This document shows positions 1 through 8,606 of a stretch of 32,000 nt of DNA, one piece after another (position 1 is the stretch's first letter; the number at the start of each line of letters is the position of its first letter). The position numbers and the translations under genes are program-made. This DNA comes from Gelidibacter japonicus (lineage in GTDB: Bacteria > Bacteroidota > Bacteroidia > Flavobacteriales > Flavobacteriaceae), in the NCBI RefSeq assembly GCF_010725055.1, contig NZ_BJKB01000002.1, positions 463,405 through 495,404 on the forward strand, written 5' to 3'. The notes beneath the pieces are model-generated. The model was not told the origin of the DNA and made no database searches. It was given only the letters and a program-made list of their open reading frames with translations.

Positions 1-464
1 GAGAGTGAGCCCAAAGCTTTCGAAGGATCTATGGCCTTCTTACCTTCTGTTATAAATTCTTCAGCCTCCATTTTTGATGTAGCCTTATGTACCAATTCTC
101 CTTTTGAATTGATAAAGAGATAGGTTGGATAGGATTGGACACCAAATCTTTTACCAAGTTCTGGGCCTTCTCCTTTTTCCATATCTATTTTCGCATTGAT
201 GAAGGATTTATTATAAAACTCATAGACTTCCTGTTTTACAAAGACATTTTTATCCATCCACTTACAAGGGGCACACCACGAAGTGTAACAATCAATGAAG
301 ATTAATTTATTTTCTTTAGCTGCCTTAGCTAAAAGACCGTCAAAATTTGTTTCTTGAAAATCAATTTCTTTATGATTCTCAATTTTTTCCGCCACTTCAG
401 TCGGTTTATCCTTACATGTGTAGAACACCAAACTCAGCATTACTATGATCATAGTATTTTTCAT
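1..464 (-). CDS. Thioredoxin-fold (CxxC) lipoprotein, partial; C-terminus lies beyond the left window edge
   Basis: Manual reverse-strand translation from ATG at 464..462 gives MKNTMIIVMLSLVFYTCKDKP...LIFIDCYTSWCAPCKWMDKNVF...GVQSYPTYLFINSKGELV. This shows a lipoprotein-type signal ending in Cys, a WCAPC redox motif and a cis-Pro (SYPT) thioredoxin-fold signature. Its ATG shares one base with the TAA stop of the upstream SusD-like gene (TAATG). Not in the supplied ORF track because it is truncated. Confidence 0.8.
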   Translation of the reverse strand, partial: MKNTMIIVMLSLVFYTCKDKPTEVAEKIENHKEIDFQETNFDGLLAKAAKENKLIFIDCYTSWCAPCKWMDKNVFVKQEVYEFYNKSFINAKIDMEKGEGPELGKRFGVQSYPTYLFINSKGELVHKATSKMEAEEFITEGKKAIDPSKALGSL

Positions 465-1840
465 TAGTAATCAGGGTTTTGAATAATTAAACCATCGGAT
501 AAGTCGACAGATTGCATAGGGATTGGTAAAATAAGTTTTGAATCGGATGAAATTGTTTTAAAACTATTAATATCAAGATCTCCCTCTTTATGAAACCTCA
601 CCAAATCAAACCAATCTTCACCACTTTCAGCACCCAATTCAAATATTTTTTCATTGCGGATGATTTCCAGAAGTTCGGCCTTATTGGTCGTTGTAATCAG
701 TGGGTTTTCACTACGTTCCCTAATCTTATTGAGAGCATCGAGTGCAGCACCTGAATCGTCATCACCTCTTAAAACAGCTTCAGCAAAAATCAAATAGACT
801 TCGTCCAAACGAAGGAAATACTCTGTATCGGCAGTTAATGGAACTCCGTTATAGGTAGAATTATTAAACTTTGCATTTCGTGCAGCTCCTGATGTGGTGT
901 AAGCAATTGCTGCATCCTTTCTTGCATCACCTTCCATGAAATCAACATAATATTCTGAAGGCAAATAATAAGCTCGAAATATAAATGCCTTATTATTACG
1001 GTCATTTAGATTATCAAAAGGCGTTTGAAAGAGTACTTCTTTAGTATCAATGATTTTTTTTATAAAAATATCGGCAAAAGTATCTTCGAGTGTTCTGTTC
1101 TCTAATTCTATAACTTCTAAAGCTGCTTGTGCGGCTTGTGAATAATCTTTTTTATACAATAACACTTTACTCTTTAATCCTTTTGCGAATATTTTTGAGG
1201 TGTAAAATGTATCTGAAAAGTCAGGCGCATTTTGAATGGCATAATCCAAATCGGCCAAAATCAACTCATAGACTTCTGATACTGTAGCTCGTGGTTGCAC
1301 TGTAGCATCTTTAATTGGCTGTTCTTTCAAGACGATACCATATTCGGAATTGATATCATAAAATTGCCCCCAAAGACGCAACAAATAAAAATGAGACAAG
1401 GCTCTCAACGCTCTTGCTTCTCCGATGATTTCCTTTTTTCTTGTTTCATCAGCCTCTAGTAATGCCGTTTTAGTGATTACATGATTAGCATTATTGATCA
1501 AGAAATACATTTTAGCATAAATTATTTCTGCATAAAAATTATCAGGAGACACATCGTTATTAAAAAACGCATTCTCAGAGCTTCCAGCAAACGATCCGGG
1601 TTTCATGGTAACACCCATCAACGATGTCAATCCAGGAGCATATCCTGTAAACTCCAGATTCTTTAGAATTCCATACGTACCATATAAAACGGTTTGAGCT
1701 TGATCTAAATTGGTAATCACCTTGTCTTCAGAAACCTGGTATACTGGTTCTACATCTGTAACATCTGTTAAGTTACAGGAGGTGTTAACTAAAAGCGCTA
1801 AGACGAGAATAGCGAATGTATATATTTTAAATAGTTTCAT
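464..1840 (-). CDS. RagB/SusD-family nutrient-binding outer-membrane lipoprotein
   Basis: 458-aa ORF with signal peptide and lipobox Cys (LLVNTSCNL). Size and TPR-like helical composition are typical of SusD. It lies 4 nt downstream of a SusC-type receptor on the same strand. Confidence 0.9.
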   Translation of the reverse strand: MKLFKIYTFAILVLALLVNTSCNLTDVTDVEPVYQVSEDKVITNLDQAQTVLYGTYGILKNLEFTGYAPGLTSLMGVTMKPGSFAGSSENAFFNNDVSPDNFYAEIIYAKMYFLINNANHVITKTALLEADETRKKEIIGEARALRALSHFYLLRLWGQFYDINSEYGIVLKEQPIKDATVQPRATVSEVYELILADLDYAIQNAPDFSDTFYTSKIFAKGLKSKVLLYKKDYSQAAQAALEVIELENRTLEDTFADIFIKKIIDTKEVLFQTPFDNLNDRNNKAFIFRAYYLPSEYYVDFMEGDARKDAAIAYTTSGAARNAKFNNSTYNGVPLTADTEYFLRLDEVYLIFAEAVLRGDDDSGAALDALNKIRERSENPLITTTNKAELLEIIRNEKIFELGAESGEDWFDLVRFHKEGDLDINSFKTISSDSKLILPIPMQSVDLSDGLIIQNPDY

Positions 1841-1844
1841 AATA

Positions 1845-4800
1845 TTATAAGTTTAAGTTTAATCCTAATGTAAAAGTTCTAACGGATGGATAGCTTGCAC
1901 TATCATACCCTTGGCTGAAATTACTGGCAGCGTTATAGTTTACCTCTGGGTCTAGGCCGCTGTATTTTGTAATTACAAACACATTGCTTGCCGACAATGA
2001 GATACTTGCGCGTTGTATAAACAACTTCTTTAATATGTCTGGATTAAATTTATAAGTGACATTTAAGTTTTTCAATTTAATAAAGGAGGCATCCTCAATG
2101 AAAAAATCAGAATCTCTTCTATTGTTGTTTGGATCGCCAGAAACTAATCGAGGGATATCCACATTCGGATTTTGTGATGTCCATGCCCCAAGAATTTCCT
2201 TAGAATAATTGTTGTTGTAATTACTAAAGATCAACAGATCCTTCTTATTGCTGTTATACAAATAATTACCAACACTATAATTAAATAAGGCCGAGACTTC
2301 AAAATTGCCAAATCTGAAGATGTTATTGAATCCACCAAAAAAGTCGGGTTCTGCGTTTCCAATGATATCTCTATCATCTCCACCAATATAACCGTCATTA
2401 TTGACATCAACATACATAAAATCTCCAGGAGCTGTATTATTTGATTGATAAACACCATTTGGAGATGCCGCATTTAGAGCGTCTATTTCCTCTTGGTTCT
2501 GAAAAATCTTAGCTACTCTATACCCTTCGAAATAACTAATAGATTCTCCTTCAATCAAATTCCTGTAATAACCTCCATTCAATTTTAACACTTTACTCTT
2601 AATGGTGGTCAAATTAAACTCAGAAGTCCATTGAAATCTCTCAGTAGCAATGATATCCACACCAACCTGAAATTCAAAACCTTTATTCAAGAAATCCCCA
2701 ATATTTGAATATTGGCTTGTTCCTCCTGTTTCAAGAATGACATCACGCAGTAAAATCTGATCGGAAGTGTTTTTATTAAAGTAGCCCACGCTACCATTGA
2801 TTCTTCTATCCCAAATTGAGAAATCCAAAGCGATATCCAATTGATCGGTGGTTTCCCACTTAATGTCTGGATTAGGAATAGTATTGGATACAACCCCATT
2901 GTTATTATTGTAATAACTTCCAGCTTCAAAGAATGTTGCATACTGGAAATCTGAAAAATTGGCAGATCCCGTTTTCCCATAGGACGTTCTCAATTTTAAA
3001 TCATCTATAAAATCGACATTAAAAAATTCCTCCTTAGAAATTCGCCATGCTATAGCCCCCGATGGGAAATAGCCCCACTGGTTTTTAGGTCCAAATTTTG
3101 TTGAATTATCCGCTCTTCCAGTGAATGTTAGGTAATATTTATTATCAAAATTATAATTAGCTCTTAAAAAATATGAAGCCAGTCCGCTAATGGTCCCACC
3201 ACTAGTTAAGTTCAAACTAGACGCTGCTCCAGGAGTAACCATCACATCATCATCAGGGAAATCGGTGGCTCTAATACTAGTAAAATCACTTTTATTTTCT
3301 GTGAAAGAAACTCCACCTACAGCATTAAACTCATGTTTTTTTATAGACTTGCTAAAAGTCAGCGTATTATCCCAGATTCTTGAAGAGTAATCAGAATTTG
3401 ATTGATTTAAAGTCCCTTTTCTGTTATTTCTTAACTCAAATGGATCATAACTTGGAGTATACCTGAAGCTTTCATTGTCACCTTTAGTATAGGAATAAGT
3501 TGATTTAAACTGAAGTCCTTTAGTAATCTCATATTCAGCAAACAAGGAAAGCATCAAGTTTTGACTATCCACGTAAGAAGGGTATCTTACTTTGGCATAA
3601 GGGTTTGCCAGAAAGTTCGAAGGATCATTGGCATACTCACCATTCTCCTTAAAAACTGGAATATCTGGTCTGTATTTTATAGTTTGGTAATAGAAAGTTG
3701 AATTACTTCCTTTGTTGTTGGAGTCACTATAATTAAAATTGACACCTACTCTTAACTTATCAGATAAACTCGTTTCCAGTTTTGCTCTTAAATTGTTTCG
3801 TTTGTAATTGGTGCCGTAAATAACACCTTTTTGGTCTGTAACGCCCGCAGAAAGGGAATAAAGTGAAGACCCATTAAGTGAGCCTCCGTTGGCATTTAAA
3901 TAATAGTTAGTATTAATTGCTGTTTGATCTGTTTGCTTTTGCCAGTTGGTATTTACCTCTCTACCGAACGGATAAAGCTCATCGTCATTAGGAATTGTCG
4001 CTCCCGCATTTCCATATGCTTTTTCAACAACGCTATGATATTGGTTTGCATCAAGCATGGAATAATCATTCGTAAAGCTTGATATGGTCGTGGTAGAACT
4101 TAAGCTAATGCTTGGGACCGAAGAATAACTTCCCTTTTTAGTAGTTATGATAACTACTCCATTGGCACCTCTTGATCCATATATAGCGGTTGCGGATGCA
4201 TCTTTTAAAATGTCTATACTCTCAACATCCATTGGATTGATCGATGAAAGTGGCGACAAAGTACTTGAGAAATTTTGAGCATAAAAATCGTTGCCTTGCC
4301 CTTGACCTATTTCCATTGGTAAACCGTCAATAACATATAAAGGTTCGTTGTTACCAAATACTGAAGTTATACCACGTATTCTTATAGAAGCATTAGCTCC
4401 TGGAGCACCTGAAGCAGTCACTACATGAACACCAGAAGCTCTTCCAACCAGTGCGTTATCAACACTTATTGGATTAGTTTTATTCATTTCAACAACATTA
4501 ACTTTAGAAACTGAACCCGTAATATCACTCCGTTTTTGAGACCCATAACCTACTAAAACAACTTCTTCCAAAGACTCAGAATCTACCGTAAGAACTATAT
4601 TTATTAATAAATCTTCCCCAACTGGAACTTCCATTGGCATCATGCCAACATAGCTAAACTTTAAAACCTCTCCTTTTGAGGCCTTTATTGAGTACCTCCC
4701 ATCTATGTCAGTGGCGACACCATTGGCAGACCCCTTAACCAATACCGTAACCCCACCCAGTGGCATACCGTTTTCATCCTTGACCTGACCAGTTACAACT

Positions 4801-5117
4801 GACTGTTGTTGTTTCTTCTTGATAATAATCTCATTGGTACCAGTTAGGATAACATCATAATTGTTGTTCCCTAAACTAAGTTCCAGAAGTTTATTTGCTG
4901 TAATTACTCCTTTTTCCAAAGTAACCTTAGGCGCATTTTTAAACATATCCTCCTGATAAATAAATGTATATTGGGTTTGCGTCCTTATCAGGTCAAAAAC
5001 TTGGTCAATGGACAACACTTTATTCTCGTCAATACTAATTTTAGCATTCTGCGATAAAATTGTCGTTGATGTCAAACTAAATACTGAAGTACAAAATAAA
5101 AGGATAAATGTTCTCAT
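1845..5117 (-). CDS. SusC-type TonB-dependent transducer with N-terminal STN signalling domain
   Basis: ORF 1845..5177; the likely true start is Met21 (MRTFILLFCTSVFS, ATG at 5117..5115). An STN-like extension (ISIDENKVLSIDQVFDLIRTQTQYTFIY..., about 4812-5054) precedes a CarboxypepD_reg-like domain (VTGQVKDENGMPLGGVTVLVKG), a TonB-box/plug region (EEVVLVGYGSQKRSDITGS) and a C-terminal beta-barrel ending in an aromatic-rich strand. The STN domain fits the adjacent FecR and ECF sigma genes. Confidence 0.9.
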   Translation of the reverse strand: MRTFILLFCTSVFSLTSTTILSQNAKISIDENKVLSIDQVFDLIRTQTQYTFIYQEDMFKNAPKVTLEKGVITANKLLELSLGNNNYDVILTGTNEIIIKKKQQQSVVTGQVKDENGMPLGGVTVLVKGSANGVATDIDGRYSIKASKGEVLKFSYVGMMPMEVPVGEDLLINIVLTVDSESLEEVVLVGYGSQKRSDITGSVSKVNVVEMNKTNPISVDNALVGRASGVHVVTASGAPGANASIRIRGITSVFGNNEPLYVIDGLPMEIGQGQGNDFYAQNFSSTLSPLSSINPMDVESIDILKDASATAIYGSRGANGVVIITTKKGSYSSVPSISLSSTTTISSFTNDYSMLDANQYHSVVEKAYGNAGATIPNDDELYPFGREVNTNWQKQTDQTAINTNYYLNANGGSLNGSSLYSLSAGVTDQKGVIYGTNYKRNNLRAKLETSLSDKLRVGVNFNYSDSNNKGSNSTFYYQTIKYRPDIPVFKENGEYANDPSNFLANPYAKVRYPSYVDSQNLMLSLFAEYEITKGLQFKSTYSYTKGDNESFRYTPSYDPFELRNNRKGTLNQSNSDYSSRIWDNTLTFSKSIKKHEFNAVGGVSFTENKSDFTSIRATDFPDDDVMVTPGAASSLNLTSGGTISGLASYFLRANYNFDNKYYLTFTGRADNSTKFGPKNQWGYFPSGAIAWRISKEEFFNVDFIDDLKLRTSYGKTGSANFSDFQYATFFEAGSYYNNNNGVVSNTIPNPDIKWETTDQLDIALDFSIWDRRINGSVGYFNKNTSDQILLRDVILETGGTSQYSNIGDFLNKGFEFQVGVDIIATERFQWTSEFNLTTIKSKVLKLNGGYYRNLIEGESISYFEGYRVAKIFQNQEEIDALNAASPNGVYQSNNTAPGDFMYVDVNNDGYIGGDDRDIIGNAEPDFFGGFNNIFRFGNFEVSALFNYSVGNYLYNSNKKDLLIFSNYNNNYSKEILGAWTSQNPNVDIPRLVSGDPNNNRRDSDFFIEDASFIKLKNLNVTYKFNPDILKKLFIQRASISLSASNVFVITKYSGLDPEVNYNAASNFSQGYDSASYPSVRTFTLGLNLNL

Positions 5118-5275
5118 GATACATTTTACAATTGCTTTCCGAGGATAGAATAGCGTGTTGGTAAACTTAATTTCCATAAATTTGTGTTTTAGTTAGTTAA
5201 ATTTTTAATTAATTAAATACTCAAAAGGGATTAAGTTCATTACTGTGAGAGGTCGTGACTTGTCCCTTTATTTTT

Positions 5276-6433
5276 TTACTCTATAGTTACTTTCTTATTT
5301 TCTATTTCGAATTGATTTATAAATCCAGTATTTTGAATGGTTGTAAGAATCTTTTCAAGATCCTGATGTTTACTCAAGACACCGTTGAATTTTATATTTT
5401 CTGCCTCTTTATCCTTGAATGCAACGTCAACATCATACCACCTTGATAACACTGTCATGATGTCTTTTAAGGCTAAATTCTTAAAACTGAACATTCCATT
5501 TCTCCATGAAGTTTCACCGTAAACATCAACTGATGAAACCACCAATGTGTTCTCCATTTCATTTAAAACAACTTGCTGTCCTGGTTTAAGCTTCAATCCC
5601 TCTTGATTCTCAGTAGCTACCATAACCATACCTTCTACTAATGTCGTATAAGTCAAGTCTTCATCCTGATAGGCTTTTACATTAAACTCAGTCCCGAGTA
5701 CTTCAACATGCTGTCCCTTGGAAGTGACACTAAATGTTGCACCATTATGAAGTTTACTTGGTGATACATCAAAGTAAGCCTCGCCATAAACTAACTCAAC
5801 ATTGCGAGGCTGTCCTTTAATAAAGCTAACAGGGTATTTTAACTGTGTTTCTGAATTTAACCAAACTTGAGTGCCATCAGATAGTTTTACGAAAAACTGA
5901 CCACCTCTAGGAATTGTCAAATAATTGTATGTTATTTTGCTTTCAACATTTTCTTGCTCATCACCTTGATATATCACACGTTCACCGTCGCTACGTATAT
6001 TATCATCATCATAGTTCTTACCCTTCTCCAAAGCAATACTGGTACCATCTTCCAGTGTCAATATGGCCTTATCGGTACCTATCTTTATAGACTCCTCGGA
6101 AACAATTTTGGATTGTGTTTCAGTTTCAACTTTATCAAATTGGTTAAAAACTCCAATAGCCAAAAAGACAACCACAGATGCCGCAATAGCATAAGCCAAA
6201 TAAGATTTGAACGGATAGGTTTTTCTGCGTGAAGTCTTGTCCTCTATTTGAGTGAGGATATCTTGCCAAATTTTGTCTTGACTCTCTTTAACATCCTGTA
6301 GATTGTTGTCAAATAGAACAGCATTCCCATCTTGATAGGAATCAAGAAAAGTTTCTAATAATTCTAATTCTTCAGGAGAACACTGATTATTTATATATTT
6401 ATCAAAAAGCTCTTTCGCTTGTTTTAAATTCAT
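5276..6433 (-). CDS. FecR-family transmembrane anti-sigma factor / sensor
   Basis: ORF 5276..6544; the likely start is Met38 (MNLKQAKELFDKYINNQCSPEELELLETFL, ATG at 6433..6431). It has a single TM helix (YLAYAIAASVVVFLAIGVF) and a periplasmic FecR-type domain (LEDGTSIAL...DGTQVWLNSETQLKYP). It sits between an ECF sigma gene and an STN-bearing SusC. Confidence 0.85.
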   Translation of the reverse strand: MNLKQAKELFDKYINNQCSPEELELLETFLDSYQDGNAVLFDNNLQDVKESQDKIWQDILTQIEDKTSRRKTYPFKSYLAYAIAASVVVFLAIGVFNQFDKVETETQSKIVSEESIKIGTDKAILTLEDGTSIALEKGKNYDDDNIRSDGERVIYQGDEQENVESKITYNYLTIPRGGQFFVKLSDGTQVWLNSETQLKYPVSFIKGQPRNVELVYGEAYFDVSPSKLHNGATFSVTSKGQHVEVLGTEFNVKAYQDEDLTYTTLVEGMVMVATENQEGLKLKPGQQVVLNEMENTLVVSSVDVYGETSWRNGMFSFKNLALKDIMTVLSRWYDVDVAFKDKEAENIKFNGVLSKHQDLEKILTTIQNTGFINQFEIENKKVTIE

Positions 6434-6583
6434 TGAAATAAAAATTAAAATCGATTGATTTATTATATGTACCGAAAAGAACACATTGGTACACGTCAGA
6501 TTTGAGATTTTTTTTATAAAAAGCATAAAACCAACCTCAAACACTTGACTACAAGAACCTTAAACCGAAATCAAAATTTAATT

Positions 6584-7162
6584 TTAGAAATGGTTCTCAA
6601 AGAATACTATGAAAAAGAAGAGTAGTTCTTCTCTGTGAAGATTCGCCCTAATCGTGATCAAGGCTTTGGAAATTTGATTTTTTACGGCCTGAATGGACAC
6701 ATTCAAGGTTTCAGCTATCTCCTTATTAGATTTGTGATCATACCGGCTTAATTCAAATATTTCCTTACAACGTGGCGGTAATTGATTGACAACATCTTGA
6801 ATGGTAGACTCTAATTCGTCATATTCCATTTTTTTTGCAGCATTCATGGAGACGTCAACAATATTCAGACGAGTTAAATCCTCATTTGAAAACTTATAAT
6901 CTCTGAAATAATTAAACACTTGAAATTTAACGGCCCGGAAGAGATAAGCCTCTACATTTTCAATAGAATTGGTCTTTCTTTTCGACCAGAAATCGATAAA
7001 AACATTCTGGACCAAGTCTTCACAAACATCTCTCTTTTTCAATATATTCAAGGCATACACAAGCATCTTGCCTGCGTATCTCTGATAAAGCTCTTCAAAA
7101 GCTTTTATATCATCAACAGCTATTCGTTTCAACAGCGCATGATTAGTATAGGACGTAAACAT
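6584..7162 (-). CDS. ECF-type RNA polymerase sigma-70 family factor
   Basis: 192 aa. Region-2-like segment (FEELYQRYAGKMLVYALNILKKRDVCEDLVQNVFIDFW) and region-4 HTH (KSNKEIAETLNVSIQAVKNQISKAL). Located upstream of the FecR-like gene. Confidence 0.9.
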   Translation of the reverse strand: MFTSYTNHALLKRIAVDDIKAFEELYQRYAGKMLVYALNILKKRDVCEDLVQNVFIDFWSKRKTNSIENVEAYLFRAVKFQVFNYFRDYKFSNEDLTRLNIVDVSMNAAKKMEYDELESTIQDVVNQLPPRCKEIFELSRYDHKSNKEIAETLNVSIQAVKNQISKALITIRANLHREELLFFFIVFFENHF

Positions 7163-7224
7163 GTTTGAACAAAGGATAGGGCTTAAAAGTATAAAAAATA
7201 ATCAACACCGAAGTAAATAACCCA

Positions 7225-7266
7225 AAAAAGACGAAGACTTTCACTAAAAAGACGAAGACTTTCACT
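7225..7266. repeat. Perfect tandem duplication, 2 x 21 bp (AAAAAGACGAAGACTTTCACT)
   Basis: Copies at 7225-7245 and 7246-7266 are identical by direct reading. The repeat starts 2 nt after the TolC-like stop codon (7269-7271) and lies about 60-100 nt upstream of the ECF sigma start at 7162. No self-complementarity, so it is not a hairpin. Confidence 0.9.
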
Positions 7267-7268
7267 AA

Positions 7269-8606
7269 CTAGTTCAAAGACAAACTACCCGCAAGTTGCT
7301 TCAAGGTGATTTCAGACAATTTAGCCTGGTAAATAGCGTTGCTTAAACGCAAGGAGGCTTGTATATAATTGAGTTGTGCTGTTCTGAATTCTATAGTTGG
7401 GATCGTTCCTATTTTATATTTCGCTAAAGTGATATCAAGATTTTCTTTCGCAATATTTTCATTCTTGGTCTCGAGTTCAATCAAGCTCAGATTGGTTTGA
7501 TAGGTTTGGAATGCGGTATGTAATTGTGATTTTATAGTCTGTGTCAGCTGGGCTATGGCAATTGTTGAATTTTCAATTTGAAGCTTAGCTATTTTTTCAT
7601 TTCTATTTTGATTGGAGCCGTTAAAAATATCTATACTGGCAGAAAATCCGTAATTCCATCCATGCGCATTATTTTTTGTAGTGAAACCCAAACTTGATTC
7701 TGAATCGCTGAAATTATAACCCGTATTGGCTGAAATTTTAGGGTAACGATTCCCCTTAACCTGCTTTAGTTCCAATTCAGAAATCCGTTTACTGATCAAT
7801 TGTGCCTGCAATTCCGGATTTTGAGTCGTTGCCAAATCCTCAAGTTCAGACAGCTGCAAATCACTCGCTATCAACACCTCATCCCTAACCTTAAATTTGG
7901 TTTCTGGGTCTCGACCCATAATTTCATTAAGTCTGATTTTTGTATTGGCATACACTTCAAGTTCTCTAATGTGAAGCGTCTTATCCGTATTGAGATCTAC
8001 TTGTGCATTCAGCACTTCCAACTTGGAAGCCTTGCCAATATTGAACCGGTTCTCAGCAAGTTCTACCCGTTGCTGGGAAATTACCAGAGTACTGTCTAAA
8101 GCGGTCAATTGCTGCTGGTGCTGGACCAAATCGTAATAAGTGATCATCACATCGCTCACCCGATTCAATAAGGCACTTTGCAACTCTGCTTTTCCCAATT
8201 TTTCAAGTTCTTTCAATCGGTCATAACGTGCGAACATGCCAAAACCATCAAAAATCGTCCAATCCAGTCCAACGCCATAATTGAGACTGTTGTTTTTTGC
8301 GTTATCCAATTCGATTATGTCACCGTTGGAACGGGTTTGCGATATATTTTGAGTGCTGTTATTGGTGTTGGCCTGGGCAAAAACCCGCGGGAGCATGCCA
8401 GCAAATCCAGGACTGACACCAAGAGAATCTGTTTTCAAATTGTTTCTTGCCAAACGAATATCGTAATTATTTTCCAAGGCAATTTCCACCGCTTTTTCAA
8501 GTGTCAATAGATCTTGCGAATGCGTATTCAATGAAAACAATCCCAAACACATACTCAGATATAGCGGCCAGAGCTTATACGGTTCCATAAGTATCAATTT
8601 TATCAA
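7269..8606 (-). CDS. TolC-family outer-membrane efflux channel
   Basis: 445-aa ORF; an alternative start at Met7 (8588) gives the signal peptide MEPYKLWPLYLSMCLGLFSLNTHSQ. The two-repeat coiled-coil/beta pattern is typical of the OEP family (LTLEKAVEIALENNYDIRLA...). It overlaps the 3' end of the RND pump gene by 14-32 nt, which implies co-translation. Confidence 0.85.
   Translation of the reverse strand: MIKLILMEPYKLWPLYLSMCLGLFSLNTHSQDLLTLEKAVEIALENNYDIRLARNNLKTDSLGVSPGFAGMLPRVFAQANTNNSTQNISQTRSNGDIIELDNAKNNSLNYGVGLDWTIFDGFGMFARYDRLKELEKLGKAELQSALLNRVSDVMITYYDLVQHQQQLTALDSTLVISQQRVELAENRFNIGKASKLEVLNAQVDLNTDKTLHIRELEVYANTKIRLNEIMGRDPETKFKVRDEVLIASDLQLSELEDLATTQNPELQAQLISKRISELELKQVKGNRYPKISANTGYNFSDSESSLGFTTKNNAHGWNYGFSASIDIFNGSNQNRNEKIAKLQIENSTIAIAQLTQTIKSQLHTAFQTYQTNLSLIELETKNENIAKENLDITLAKYKIGTIPTIEFRTAQLNYIQASLRLSNAIYQAKLSEITLKQLAGSLSLN

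Noticed and set aside
5118-5177. N-terminal extensions given by the longest-ORF track: SusC 5118-5177, FecR 6434-6544, GH2 19375-19452, Lrp 15743-15772.
   Set aside because: In each case an internal Met yields a canonical N-terminus: a signal peptide, lipoprotein signal or family-typical start. The extension is non-homologous-looking sequence lying in what is more plausibly promoter or leader DNA.
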